The notes under the pieces were generated by a model. The model saw only the letters and a program-made list of their open reading frames with translations. It was not told the origin of the DNA and made no database searches. Positions 7,965-18,135 of a stretch of 64,000 nt of DNA are shown here, piece by piece. The number at the start of each line of letters is the position of its first letter. The first letter of the stretch is position 1. The translations under genes and the position numbers were made by a program. This DNA is from an uncultured Candidatus Saccharibacteria bacterium (lineage in GTDB: Bacteria; Patescibacteriota; Minisyncoccia; Phycocordibacterales; UBA9973): assembly GCA_964645245.1 (NCBI GenBank), contig CAZYBS010000002.1:18161-82160 (forward strand). Direction: 5' to 3'.

Positions 7965-9941
7965 ATGGACTTGCCGGAAATACCCATAAATAAAGAAATC
8001 ACCTATCTCGGAATTACTACTTACAGGGACAAAAACCAGCTTTTTGGCATCAAGCGCAAAGACAGGCGCCAGCATGTTTATCTGTTGGGAAAGTCCGGTA
8101 CCGGTAAATCAGTGCTGATGTTCAACATGATTATCCAGAATATCCAAAATGGCGACGGGGTCTGCATGGTTGACCCGCATGGAGAAAATGTTGAAGCAAT
8201 TCTCTCCGCCATCCCGCCGCACCGCATGAAGGATGTGGTTTATTTCAATCCGGCCGATGCTGATTATCATATCGGCTTTAATGTATTGGAGCTGATTGAC
8301 CCGCAATACAAGCACTTGGTGGCTTCGGGACTGATGGGCATTTTTACTAAAATTTGGGCCAATGCCTGGAGCGCCCGAATGGAATATATTTTAAATAATG
8401 CAATTCTGGCTTTGCTGGATACGCCGGGCACGACGCTCCTGGGGATTCCTCGAATGCTGGTGGACAAAGATTATCGCCAGAAAATAATTTCCAATTTAAA
8501 GGACCCGGTCATCAAGGCTTTCTGGGTGCACGAATATGAAGCTTGGCAAGATAAATTCCGTAATGAAGCGATCGCCCCGATTCAGAATAAAGTCGGGCAG
8601 TTTCTTTCCACTTCCATCATCCGCAATGTCGTCGGTCAGTCCAAGAGCACGATTAATATCTTTGACATGATGAATGAGAGGAAAATTTTTCTGGTGAATG
8701 TTTCCAAGGGGCGCATCGGAGAGGACAACTCCGGCCTTTTGGGCGGCATGATTATTACCAAAATCCAGCTGGCCGCCATGGAACGCGTGCGTATTCCGGA
8801 AGAGTCCCGCACCGACTTTTATCTTTATGTGGATGAATTTCAGAATTTCGTGACCGATGCTTTTGCCGGCATTTTATCGGAGGCCAGAAAATACAGATTG
8901 AACCTGACGGTGGCTCACCAATATACCGCTCAACTTATTTCCGACAAAAGTTCCGCTGTACGCGATGCCGTCTTCGGTAATGTCGGTACAATGATTGTCT
9001 TTCGAACAGGCGCCGATGACGCGGAATTTCTGGAAAAAGAATTTGATCCGGAATTTACTCCGCAGGATATAGTGAACTTGCCCAACTATAAAGCTTATTT
9101 GAAATTAATGATCGATGGCGTAACATCCCGTCCTTTTTCCGCCAAAACTTTGCCACCGCTGGTAAAATCCGGCAATAAAGAGATTGAAGAAGAGGTAATA
9201 AAATCTTCTCGTATATTGTATTGTCGGCCGAGAGAGGTTGTGGAAAGGGAAATCAATGACTGGAGCGGAATGTCGCTGGGTGATGAAAATGCCCCAGGCG
9301 GTAGTATAGAAAAATTTCCAGCTGTCTGTTCAAGTTGCAAGAAAGAGACTACAGTTCCCTTCAAGCCGGAAAAAGGGCGTCCAGTTTACTGTAAAGAATG
9401 CATAGCCAGGATAAAGTCTGGTGAGATAAAAGTAGAAAAAGGGTCAGAAAATCAAATTAAACATGATGAAACTAAATTTTTCAAGCCGTTGGCTGATTTG
9501 GGTATAGAGTTTGAACAAAAAGATAGGGGTAGAATTAAAGAAGCAGAAAGATATCCCGAGAGAATTGATAAACATGGAATCATAGGGGCCGTGAAAAAAG
9601 TTTTTACCAAAAGTGAGATGCCAGTCCCAACCAAAGTCGAGATTCCTAAAAAACCCAAGGAAAATTTAGCATTAAGGGAAGTTTTAAATAAAATAAGTGA
9701 ACCAGTTTCGCTTGATACTTTAAAAAATAAGACCAAAGAAACTATATCCTCTAAGGATCGTGCCGCTAGCCCGGAAGATATGAGTAAGTTAAAAGACCTA
9801 ATTTTAGAAAAAGTTCCCGAAGCTAAAGAGGAGGAAAAGGAGGAGAAAGCCCCGACGCCCGCAGGGGTCGGGGTCCCGACTTCTAAGAGCGTCGGGACAA
9901 AAGAAGTGCCGGAAGACGTTTTGAGAAAAGTTTTGGAATAA
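7965..9941 (+). CDS. Soluble VirD4/TraG/TraD-superfamily P-loop ATPase (AAA_10 / T4CP-like) with a C-terminal Zn ribbon and Lys/Glu-rich tail, paralog A
   Basis: Walker A LLGKSGTGKS, DPHGE, Walker B FYLYVDEFQNF, and ARKYRLNLTVAHQYTAQL (TraG-D_C-like). There are no N-terminal TM helices. Residues ~455-478 read CSSCKKETTVPFKPEKGRPVYCKEC. Confidence 0.7.
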   Translation: MDLPEIPINKEITYLGITTYRDKNQLFGIKRKDRRQHVYLLGKSGTGKSVLMFNMIIQNIQNGDGVCMVDPHGENVEAILSAIPPHRMKDVVYFNPADADYHIGFNVLELIDPQYKHLVASGLMGIFTKIWANAWSARMEYILNNAILALLDTPGTTLLGIPRMLVDKDYRQKIISNLKDPVIKAFWVHEYEAWQDKFRNEAIAPIQNKVGQFLSTSIIRNVVGQSKSTINIFDMMNERKIFLVNVSKGRIGEDNSGLLGGMIITKIQLAAMERVRIPEESRTDFYLYVDEFQNFVTDAFAGILSEARKYRLNLTVAHQYTAQLISDKSSAVRDAVFGNVGTMIVFRTGADDAEFLEKEFDPEFTPQDIVNLPNYKAYLKLMIDGVTSRPFSAKTLPPLVKSGNKEIEEEVIKSSRILYCRPREVVEREINDWSGMSLGDENAPGGSIEKFPAVCSSCKKETTVPFKPEKGRPVYCKECIARIKSGEIKVEKGSENQIKHDETKFFKPLADLGIEFEQKDRGRIKEAERYPERIDKHGIIGAVKKVFTKSEMPVPTKVEIPKKPKENLALREVLNKISEPVSLDTLKNKTKETISSKDRAASPEDMSKLKDLILEKVPEAKEEEKEEKAPTPAGVGVPTSKSVGTKEVPEDVLRKVLE

Positions 9942-10010
9942 AATGCAAAGTGAAATTAGAAATTGCCCCGCCTTCGCTAAAGCTACGGACGGGCAGGCAA
10001 AATTGCAAAT

Positions 10011-11777
10011 ATGGTGAAAGATAAAGAAAAGAAAATATGCCAGAACTGCCGTGGTGAATTTACTATAGAGCCCGAGGATTTTAATTTTTATGAAAAGATA
10101 AAGGTACCGTCACCGACTTTTTGCCCGCTTTGCCGAGCGCAGAGGCGAATGGCTTTTAGAAATGAGCGGAAACTTTTTAAAGTTAAAAATCATTTTACTG
10201 GTCAAGATATTTTCTCTACATATCCGGAAGAAAGCGGAAGAAAAATTATTACCCGGGAAGAGTGGTTTGGGGACAGTTGGGATGCGATGAAGCATGGAAG
10301 TGACTATGATTTTTCAAAGCCTTTTTTAAAACAACTAAAAGAACTTGATAAAGAGGTGCTAGTTTTTAATTATAATGTTCTTAGGATGGTTAATAGTCCA
10401 TATGCATTTAACGCCTCAGGTTTAAAAAATTGTTACCTTATTGTCAACTCTAGTTATTCAGAAGATTGCATGTATGGTAATGCAATAGATTTTTGCAAAG
10501 ACTCAATAGATAACTCACATATAACTCACTCTGAGCGATGCCATGAATCTTTTTGGTTGGAAAATTGTTATCAATGTTATTTTACAATAATGTCAGCAGA
10601 TTCTCGCAATCTGTATTTTTGTAGAGATTGTGTTGGCTGTAACGATTGTTTCGGTTGTGCAAATTTACGCAAGAAATCTTATTGCATCTTTAATAAGCAA
10701 TATTCTAAACTAGATTATCAGGAAGAGCTTAAAAAAATGAATCTTCAAACTATTTCAGGCTTATCAAAGGCACACAAAAAGGCAAGAGAATTCTGGAATA
10801 CCCAACCAATTAAATGTCATCAAGGATTAAAAAATTTAAATTCAACAGGCTCCTACGTAACAAATTGTAAAAATGTGAATGATAGCTATTTAATCAGAGA
10901 AAGTGAAAATATGCGTTATTGCCAATATCAACAAATACCGGGGAACAAAGATTGTTATGATGTAACTAATTGGGGAGAGTACACAGAACTCAGTTATGAA
11001 ACAGTAGAATGTGGTGATAATTCTTATTGCGATAAGTTTTCTAAAAATTGTTGGCCTGCCTGCAGGAATAATGAATATTGCATAAACCTTTTCAGCTCAT
11101 CCGATTGTTTTGGTTGCGTAGGGCTAAAGAAAAAACAATATTGCATTTTGAATAAACAATACACTAAGGAAGAATATGAAAAAATGGTGGAAAAAATTAA
11201 GCAGCATATGGATAAAATGCCTTATGTTGACTTACAAGGCCTCGTTTATAAATACGGGGAATTTTTTCCAATAGAATTTTCTCCTTTTGGATATAATAAT
11301 ACACTTGCTATGCAACATTTCCCGTTAAGTAAAGAAGAGGTAATGAAAAAAAATTATGGATGGGTGGAAGTACCTCGCGGTGAGTATAAAATAACTAAAA
11401 AAGCGGAAGATTTACCAGATTCAATTGAAAATGTTGCAAATGAAATCCTAAAAGAAGTTTTTGAATGCGATAGTTGTAAAAATCCTTATAGAATATTAGA
11501 AAATGAATTTATATTTTATAAAAAAGAAAAACTGCCGTTACCCCGCTTGTGTAGTGAATGTAGGCACGAGCGGCGCATTAAGGACAGACTTAAATTGTTT
11601 TTATACGAAAGGACTTGCATGTGCGCAGGTATTATAGACCAGACCAATACGTATAAAAATACTATTTCCCATATTCATAAAGATTTTCCTTGTGGAGAAA
11701 GATTTAAAACCGGATATGCTCCCGGCCGACTGGAGATAGTTTACTGCGAAAAGTGTTACCAGCAAGAAGTTTATTAA
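10011..11777 (+). CDS. Cysteine-rich multi-CxxC protein, paralog 3
   Basis: 588 aa with the conserved N-terminus CQNCRGEFTIEPEDFNFYEKIKVPSPTFCPLCRAQRRM and C-terminus ...YCEKCYQQEVY. Confidence 0.8.
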   Translation: MVKDKEKKICQNCRGEFTIEPEDFNFYEKIKVPSPTFCPLCRAQRRMAFRNERKLFKVKNHFTGQDIFSTYPEESGRKIITREEWFGDSWDAMKHGSDYDFSKPFLKQLKELDKEVLVFNYNVLRMVNSPYAFNASGLKNCYLIVNSSYSEDCMYGNAIDFCKDSIDNSHITHSERCHESFWLENCYQCYFTIMSADSRNLYFCRDCVGCNDCFGCANLRKKSYCIFNKQYSKLDYQEELKKMNLQTISGLSKAHKKAREFWNTQPIKCHQGLKNLNSTGSYVTNCKNVNDSYLIRESENMRYCQYQQIPGNKDCYDVTNWGEYTELSYETVECGDNSYCDKFSKNCWPACRNNEYCINLFSSSDCFGCVGLKKKQYCILNKQYTKEEYEKMVEKIKQHMDKMPYVDLQGLVYKYGEFFPIEFSPFGYNNTLAMQHFPLSKEEVMKKNYGWVEVPRGEYKITKKAEDLPDSIENVANEILKEVFECDSCKNPYRILENEFIFYKKEKLPLPRLCSECRHERRIKDRLKLFLYERTCMCAGIIDQTNTYKNTISHIHKDFPCGERFKTGYAPGRLEIVYCEKCYQQEVY

Positions 11778-11819
11778 GTGATATCAATATCATCATACTA
11801 GTGTGCTAGTATAAAAATT

Positions 11820-13544
11820 ATGAACAGTGAAAATAAAAATTGTCAGAATTGTAAAAAAGACTTCATCATCGAGCCGGAGGATTTTAATTTTTATGAGAAA
11901 ATAAAAGTTCCGCCACCGACTTTCTGTCCGGAGTGCCGGCTTCAAAGGCGCATGGCTTGGCGCAACGAGCGCACCCTTCATAGAAATAAGTGCGCCAAAA
12001 CAGGCAAAAGTTTGATTAGCTGCTTTTCTGCCGATTCGCCATTTACCGTTTACGATAGGGATATTTGGTGGGGAGACAAGTGGGATCCTACAGCATATGG
12101 AGTGGAATATGATTTCTCAAAGTCTTTCTTTAGCCAGTTCCGCAAACTTTTAGAAAAAGTTCCTCATCCAAATCTTTTTATAGGAAAATGCGTTAATACT
12201 TTCTATGGAAATTATATTGGTGAATTTAGAAATTCATACCTTGTATCAGCATCTTGGGTCGGAGATAACATAGCTTACGCATCACGTTGCAATAACTGCA
12301 AAGATTCTGTGGATATGTTTACCGTCAATAACTGTGAATTTTCTTATGAAGATGTTTCTTCTTCTAAGTGTTACGAAACTTTTTTCTCGCACAACGCTGA
12401 TTCCTGTACCAGTTCTTATTTTCTTTATGATTGTAAAAATTGCATAAATTGTTTTGGTTGCACATCACTTCGTAATAAATCTAACTGTATGTGGAACAAG
12501 CAACTTACCAAAGAAGAGTATGATAAAAAGTTTAAGGACTTAGATATTGGAAGTTTCGAAAATTTTAAAAAAATACAACAAGAATTCGAGGGACTTAAAT
12601 TAAAAGCTATTAGAAGATTTGCTAATATTATAAATTCTACTAATGTTTCTGGGGATGATATATTTCATTCTACTAATTCTCACTATTGTTTTGCTATATC
12701 AGATGATGTGAAGGATTGTAAGTTCATAATTAATTCTCTTGATCGTCTGTATAATAGTTATGATGGATACGGAACTGGTGCCAATACGGAATTGGTTTAT
12801 GAGGGAATGGACTCTGGCGTGAACGGATCCAGACAGTTATTCGTGCTTACAGTCTGGGAGTGCATGAATACAGAATATTCAATTAATTGTCATGGGTGCA
12901 ATAATATTTTTGGTTGCGCAGGCCTCCGTAAGAAAGATTATTGCATTTTTAACAAACAATATTCAAAAGAGGAATATGAAAAAATCAGGGCTCAGATAAT
13001 TGGACAGATGAATAAAATGCCATACGTTGACAAAAAAGGTCGTTCGTATAAATACGGGGAGTATTTCCCAGTGGAAATTTCTCCATTTGGATATAATGAA
13101 ACTGTATCGCAAGACTACTTCCCGCTTTCTAGAGAAGAAATTTTGAAGAACGGCTATAACTGGGTTGAACGAGAGAAACCAGAATATAAAACCACTTGTA
13201 CATCTAAAGATTTACCAGATCACATTAAAGATACTGATGAAAGTATTTTAAGTTTAGTCATTGAATGCGAATCCTGTAAAAGACCTTATAAAATTATTGA
13301 AAACGAGTATCTTTTTTTGAAAAGATTTAGTCTGCCGATACCACGGAAATGTTTTGAATGTCGCCACCAAGAACGATTTAAAAAGGTTAATCCGCCTAAA
13401 ATTTATCATAGGCAATGCATGTGCGAAAAAGGAAATCATTCTCATGGAGCAGGGAAGTGTACGGTAGAATTTGAAACATCCTACGCTCCCGACAGGCCTG
13501 AGATTATTTACTGCGAAAAATGTTACCAGCAGGAAGTGTATTAA
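11820..13544 (+). CDS. Cysteine-rich multi-CxxC protein, paralog 4
   Basis: 574 aa with the same N- and C-terminal modules (CQNCKKDFIIEPEDFNFYEKIKVPPPTFCPECRLQRRM ... FETSYAPDRPEIIYCEKCYQQEVY). Confidence 0.8.
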   Translation: MNSENKNCQNCKKDFIIEPEDFNFYEKIKVPPPTFCPECRLQRRMAWRNERTLHRNKCAKTGKSLISCFSADSPFTVYDRDIWWGDKWDPTAYGVEYDFSKSFFSQFRKLLEKVPHPNLFIGKCVNTFYGNYIGEFRNSYLVSASWVGDNIAYASRCNNCKDSVDMFTVNNCEFSYEDVSSSKCYETFFSHNADSCTSSYFLYDCKNCINCFGCTSLRNKSNCMWNKQLTKEEYDKKFKDLDIGSFENFKKIQQEFEGLKLKAIRRFANIINSTNVSGDDIFHSTNSHYCFAISDDVKDCKFIINSLDRLYNSYDGYGTGANTELVYEGMDSGVNGSRQLFVLTVWECMNTEYSINCHGCNNIFGCAGLRKKDYCIFNKQYSKEEYEKIRAQIIGQMNKMPYVDKKGRSYKYGEYFPVEISPFGYNETVSQDYFPLSREEILKNGYNWVEREKPEYKTTCTSKDLPDHIKDTDESILSLVIECESCKRPYKIIENEYLFLKRFSLPIPRKCFECRHQERFKKVNPPKIYHRQCMCEKGNHSHGAGKCTVEFETSYAPDRPEIIYCEKCYQQEVY

Positions 13545-13589
13545 ACACAACATTTTGCAAAATGACAAAATGTTGATAAGATAAATAAC

Positions 13590-13862
13590 ATGAGTTTACC
13601 ATATAAAAAAATCGAAAAAATAGTAAAAGGATTTGCAAATCATAGGCGACTTCAAATATTGGAGCTTCTAAGTAGAGTCCCTAATTTATCAGTTGATGAC
13701 ATATCTCAAAATTTAGATGTTGGATTTTTTACTATTTCAGATCATATACGCAAAGCGACTGATGCGGGATTAATTGAAAAGAAATATAAAGGTCGTTTTG
13801 TGCTTCACAGTCTTACAAAGAGAGGGAGGCATATTTTGTTATTTTGCAAAATGTTTAAATGA
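13590..13862 (+). CDS. ArsR/SmtB-family winged-helix transcriptional regulator
   Basis: 90 aa with HRRLQILELLSRVPNLSVDDISQNLDVGFFTISDHIRKATDAGLI (HTH plus wing). Confidence 0.6.
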   Translation: MSLPYKKIEKIVKGFANHRRLQILELLSRVPNLSVDDISQNLDVGFFTISDHIRKATDAGLIEKKYKGRFVLHSLTKRGRHILLFCKMFK

Positions 13863-13871
13863 GAAATTAAT

Positions 13872-14849
13872 GTGAAAAGTGAAACGAAAACTCTAAAAAA
13901 TAAAAAAGAATTTTTCATTTTCCCGACCTTACCATTTCATTTTGACGGCACATTTCACAAACCATCACATTTTCCAGATAAACTTAGTGATTGGCAAACT
14001 GGTAAGCATTGGCAAACCATTCGTCTTGGTAAAAGACTTTTCGGATTAAAAATTGAAAATAAAGGAGAGAAGCAAAAACCAAAAATAAAAGTTTCAGTTT
14101 TTTATAATAACACGATTTCTGGCAAGGAATTAGAAGATATTAAGCAGGAAATCATCTGGCGTTTTGATTTAAACGCTGATTTAAAAGAATTTAATAAACT
14201 AGCCAGAAATGACAAGCGTTTTTATCCGATTTTCAAAAAATGGCTAGGGATGCGAAACTCAAGTGCACATAATTTATATGAACTTCTGATCATTGCAGTG
14301 CTTTTGCAAAATGCAACAGTTAGACGAACAGTCCAAATGATAGGCACGCTTCTTGATAGTTATGGTACTAGGTTGAAATTTGATAAAAAAGAAATTTTTG
14401 CCATTTGGCTTCCGGAAAGATTGAAAAATGTTTCAGAGCAGGATTTAAGGAATTTAAAAATAGGTTATCGGGCAAAATTTATCAAGCGTTTATCAAAAGA
14501 TTTTGCCGAAAGTCAAGTTGATGAGCAGAAACTCAGATTACTTAATCAAGAAAGTGCAAAGAAAGAATTACTAAAACTTTTTGGAGTTGGACCGGAAACT
14601 GCCCGTATATTGCTTTTTGAAGTTTGTCACCAATACAATACTTTTGACCATATAGCACCATGGCAACAAAAAATATATTCTCGATTGTTTTATAAAAAGC
14701 CGCTAGTCTCTGTTAATAAAATTAGAGATGATATTAAAAAACAGTATGGCGAATACTCTATGCTGGCGGTTCACTATATCTGGGAAGATATTTTTTGGAG
14801 AAGAAAAAATGAAAGAATTGACTGGCTGGAAAGAGAAATCAGGCTTTAA
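13872..14849 (+). CDS. HhH-GPD superfamily DNA glycosylase (AlkA-like)
   Basis: Helix-hairpin-helix motif LLKLFGVGPETARILLFEV followed by an Asp (NTFDHIAPW), and an N-terminal AlkA-like region. Confidence 0.5.
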   Translation: MKSETKTLKNKKEFFIFPTLPFHFDGTFHKPSHFPDKLSDWQTGKHWQTIRLGKRLFGLKIENKGEKQKPKIKVSVFYNNTISGKELEDIKQEIIWRFDLNADLKEFNKLARNDKRFYPIFKKWLGMRNSSAHNLYELLIIAVLLQNATVRRTVQMIGTLLDSYGTRLKFDKKEIFAIWLPERLKNVSEQDLRNLKIGYRAKFIKRLSKDFAESQVDEQKLRLLNQESAKKELLKLFGVGPETARILLFEVCHQYNTFDHIAPWQQKIYSRLFYKKPLVSVNKIRDDIKKQYGEYSMLAVHYIWEDIFWRRKNERIDWLEREIRL

Positions 14850-14904
14850 TTATAAGCTAAATAACTGTTGGAAAATAATCTAAAATCGTGCTAAAATAGC
14901 CCAT

Positions 14905-16407
14905 ATGCCAAAACCGGGTCGAGTGCAAATAATCAAATATGGTCCGCCGCCGCCGGAATTGCCGGTTTTTGGAAAGATAGACCCGACCGAGGTGTCTTTC
15001 ATCGGACGTACAAATTACGTTGCCGCATTAGAGGAGAAAAAGTTTATATTCGGCATCAAGCGCATAGACCGCCGCCGGCATCTTTATATTGTCGGCAAGT
15101 CCGGCGTTGGTAAAACCAAACTTCTGGAACTTCTTATCCGTCAAGATATAACCTATGGCCATGGATTATGCCTGATTGACCCGCACGGCGATGTGATGGA
15201 GGCAATACTGGACTATATACCCAAGGAACGCATAGAAGATGTTTGCATTATCAACCCGCCCGACGTTGATTTTCCGGCCTCTTTCAACCCATTGGCGAAT
15301 GTTGATCCGATGTTTAAGTTTCAATTGACTCAAGGGTTGATTGAAGTTTTCCAAAAACAATTCGGAGCCAACTGGACGCCCAGGCTGGAGCACGTTTTCC
15401 GCTTTACCTGTTTGGCCTTGCTGGATTATCCGCACGCGACGATGCGCGGCATGATTTCCATGCTGACCGACCGAAATTACCGGCAGAAGGTGGTGGAGTA
15501 TATTACCGACGATATGGTAAAAAGATTCTTCGCTATTGAATTCGCCGACTGGTCGGAGAAGTTTGACACCGATGCCATTATCCCGCTAGTTAACAAGCTC
15601 GGGCAATTCCTCTCCGACCCGCTCTTGCGCAATATCTTCGGCCAAAAGCAGAACAAGATAGACATCAGTAAGCTGATGAACGAGCAAAAGATTATTCTAA
15701 TTAATATCTCCAAAGGCCGTCTGGGAGAAGAAAATTCCTCTTTTCTTGGTTCTATCTTTCTGACTAAAATAAAACAAGCGGGTATGGAGCGCGCGGCTAT
15801 ACCAGAAAAAGACCGTACGGACTTTTATCTATACGTGGATGAGTTTCACAATGTCGTTACTCAGACCTTTGAAAACATTTTATCCGAGGCCAGAAAATAT
15901 GCTTTAAGTTTAACTATGGCCCATCAATATGTTGGTCAGGTTATTCCCCGAGTTCACCAAGCGGTACTTGGTAATTGCGGTAGTGTGATTACTTTTCGTA
16001 TTAGTGGTGAAGACGCAGTTAAAATGAAACCGGAATTTGCGCCTTTGTTTGACGTGAAGGATATGATCAATCTGGCTGTCGCGGAATTTTATATAAAAAT
16101 GACCATTGACGGTGAGTCCTATGACCCATTTTCGGCTGAAACACTTCGAGTTCTTCCCCCGACTCATCCCTCATACAGAGAAGAAATTATGGCGGCCTCT
16201 CGCCGGAAATATTCAATACCAAAAGACGACGCGGCCAAGCTTATTGCCGAGGAAGAGGCGACAATCATCCGAAGCGCCGAAGAGAAGGCAATTATCGAGA
16301 GCAAAGCTAAAAGAAAAGCAAAAGAAAAAGGAGAAGATAATGGCGAAGAAGATGAAAAAGAAAAACCTAAAGCAAAAGCTTCACAAGAAGCCGAACCCAT
16401 GATATAA
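14905..16407 (+). CDS. Soluble VirD4/TraG/TraD-superfamily P-loop ATPase, paralog B
   Basis: Walker A IVGKSGVGKT, DPHGD, Walker B FYLYVDEFHNV, and ARKYALSLTMAHQYVGQV. It is colinear with paralog A over the first ~400 aa and has a Lys/Glu-rich C-terminal tail. Confidence 0.7.
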   Translation: MPKPGRVQIIKYGPPPPELPVFGKIDPTEVSFIGRTNYVAALEEKKFIFGIKRIDRRRHLYIVGKSGVGKTKLLELLIRQDITYGHGLCLIDPHGDVMEAILDYIPKERIEDVCIINPPDVDFPASFNPLANVDPMFKFQLTQGLIEVFQKQFGANWTPRLEHVFRFTCLALLDYPHATMRGMISMLTDRNYRQKVVEYITDDMVKRFFAIEFADWSEKFDTDAIIPLVNKLGQFLSDPLLRNIFGQKQNKIDISKLMNEQKIILINISKGRLGEENSSFLGSIFLTKIKQAGMERAAIPEKDRTDFYLYVDEFHNVVTQTFENILSEARKYALSLTMAHQYVGQVIPRVHQAVLGNCGSVITFRISGEDAVKMKPEFAPLFDVKDMINLAVAEFYIKMTIDGESYDPFSAETLRVLPPTHPSYREEIMAASRRKYSIPKDDAAKLIAEEEATIIRSAEEKAIIESKAKRKAKEKGEDNGEEDEKEKPKAKASQEAEPMI

Positions 16408-16414
16408 TACTTGT

Positions 16415-17521
16415 ATGTCAAAAGATTACTACAATATATTAGGTGTTAACAAAACTTCATCCAAAGAGGAAATTAAAAAAGCCTTTTATAAGTTAGCGCA
16501 TAAATATCATCCGGACAAAAAAGGCGGCAATGAAACGAAGTTTAAGCAAGTGAATGAAGCTTACCAAGTTCTTTCAGATGACTCCAAGCGTTCAAAATAC
16601 GATCAATATGGATCTGCTTTTGAAAATATGGGGCAGCAGAGAGGTGGAGGATATCAAGGGGGTGGATTTGAAGGCTTTGACTTCAGTAATTTTTCTGGGG
16701 GTTTTCAAAACGGCAATGCGGATTTTGATTTTGGAAATCTTAACGATATTTTTAGCGATTTCTTCACAGGGGGTATGGGTGGAGGCAGAAGAGAGACAAG
16801 ACGTGGTCGGGATATTTCGACCGAAGTCCAAATTTCTTTTTCTGATTCTATTTTTGGCACTAATAGGAAAATTTTAATTACTAAAACTTCAAATTGTCTT
16901 ACCTGCAATAGCTCTGGCGCAAAAACTGGGTCTAAAATGGAAACTTGCAAGCACTGCAATGGTCAAGGTAAAATACATGAAACAAAAAGGTCATTTCTTG
17001 GCACCATTTCCAGTACAAAAGTTTGCGAAGTATGCTTGGGTAGCGGTGAGGTACCAAAAGAAATTTGTGATAAATGCAAAGGCAAAGGAGTATTGCGCCG
17101 GGAAGAAGAAGTCTCAATTGTTATTCCCGCTGGCATACGTGATGGAGAGATGATTCGGATGTCGGGCTACGGTGAGGCAATATCCAAAGGAACAGCGGGA
17201 GACCTCTATATAAAAATAAATGTGGCGCCACATGGGATATTTAAGCGAGACGGGCACGACTTAGTCATGAATTTGAATTTGAAGCTCTCCGATGCGCTTT
17301 TGGGAACAGAATATCCCATCCAAACTTTGGACGGAGAAATTAAAGTTACTATTCCAGAGGGTGTGGCCATAAATGAAATTCTTCGCGTACGGGGCAAGGG
17401 TGTGCCAATTTCCAAAAATAAACGCGGGGACCTTTTAATCAAGCTTAATATCAAACTTCCGGGAAAATTATCCCGTAAATCTCGCGAACTAATGGAGGAG
17501 CTCAAAAAAGAGGGGATATAA
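16415..17521 (+). CDS. dnaJ: Chaperone DnaJ (Hsp40)
   Basis: J-domain with HPDKK (YYNILGVNKTSSKEEIKKAFYKLAHKYHPDKK), a Gly/Phe-rich linker, and four CxxCxGxG zinc-finger repeats. Confidence 0.95.
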   Translation: MSKDYYNILGVNKTSSKEEIKKAFYKLAHKYHPDKKGGNETKFKQVNEAYQVLSDDSKRSKYDQYGSAFENMGQQRGGGYQGGGFEGFDFSNFSGGFQNGNADFDFGNLNDIFSDFFTGGMGGGRRETRRGRDISTEVQISFSDSIFGTNRKILITKTSNCLTCNSSGAKTGSKMETCKHCNGQGKIHETKRSFLGTISSTKVCEVCLGSGEVPKEICDKCKGKGVLRREEEVSIVIPAGIRDGEMIRMSGYGEAISKGTAGDLYIKINVAPHGIFKRDGHDLVMNLNLKLSDALLGTEYPIQTLDGEIKVTIPEGVAINEILRVRGKGVPISKNKRGDLLIKLNIKLPGKLSRKSRELMEELKKEGI

Positions 17522-17524
17522 TCC

Positions 17525-18130
17525 ATGTTCCCTGAATATATAATTTATATTGCGATTCCTGTCAGCTTGGCAGCCTATTTTTATTATTTTAAAAATATTT
17601 TTTACGGGCAGACCAAGCCGAATTTAGTTTCTTGGTTTCTTTGGATGTTAGCTCCATTTATCGGAGTATTTTTCCAGCTTAAAGCTGGAGGAGGTCTTGC
17701 TGCCTTACCGGTATTTTTAGCCGGTTTCGGGCCTCTTTTGGTAATACTTGCTTCTCTTTGGAATAAAAATGCTTACTGGAAAATTACCAGATTGGATATA
17801 ACTTGCGGGATACTGGCAATGCTCGCCTTAGTATTTTATATTCTGACTCATAATTTAGGAATATCAGTCCTTTTTGCTATATCAAGCGATGGTTTAGCAG
17901 CTGTCCCGACACTTGTAAAATCTTGGAAATTTCCAGAAACTGAAACAGCGACAGTTTATCTGGCAGGAATTTTCAGCAATACTTTAGGATTACTCATTAT
18001 AAAAAATTGGATTTTTTCCATTTATTCTTTCGGTATTTATTTTATAGTAATGAATATAGCGATAGTATTTTGCATATACCGCAAAAAGATTTTTAAAAGT
18101 GAGCAAGGGGAGTCCTTGCTCAAGTTTTAG
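17525..18130 (+). CDS. Hypothetical integral membrane protein
   Basis: 201 aa with 5-6 predicted TM helices. No recognisable motif. Confidence 0.45.
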   Translation: MFPEYIIYIAIPVSLAAYFYYFKNIFYGQTKPNLVSWFLWMLAPFIGVFFQLKAGGGLAALPVFLAGFGPLLVILASLWNKNAYWKITRLDITCGILAMLALVFYILTHNLGISVLFAISSDGLAAVPTLVKSWKFPETETATVYLAGIFSNTLGLLIIKNWIFSIYSFGIYFIVMNIAIVFCIYRKKIFKSEQGESLLKF

Positions 18131-18135
18131 TAAGC

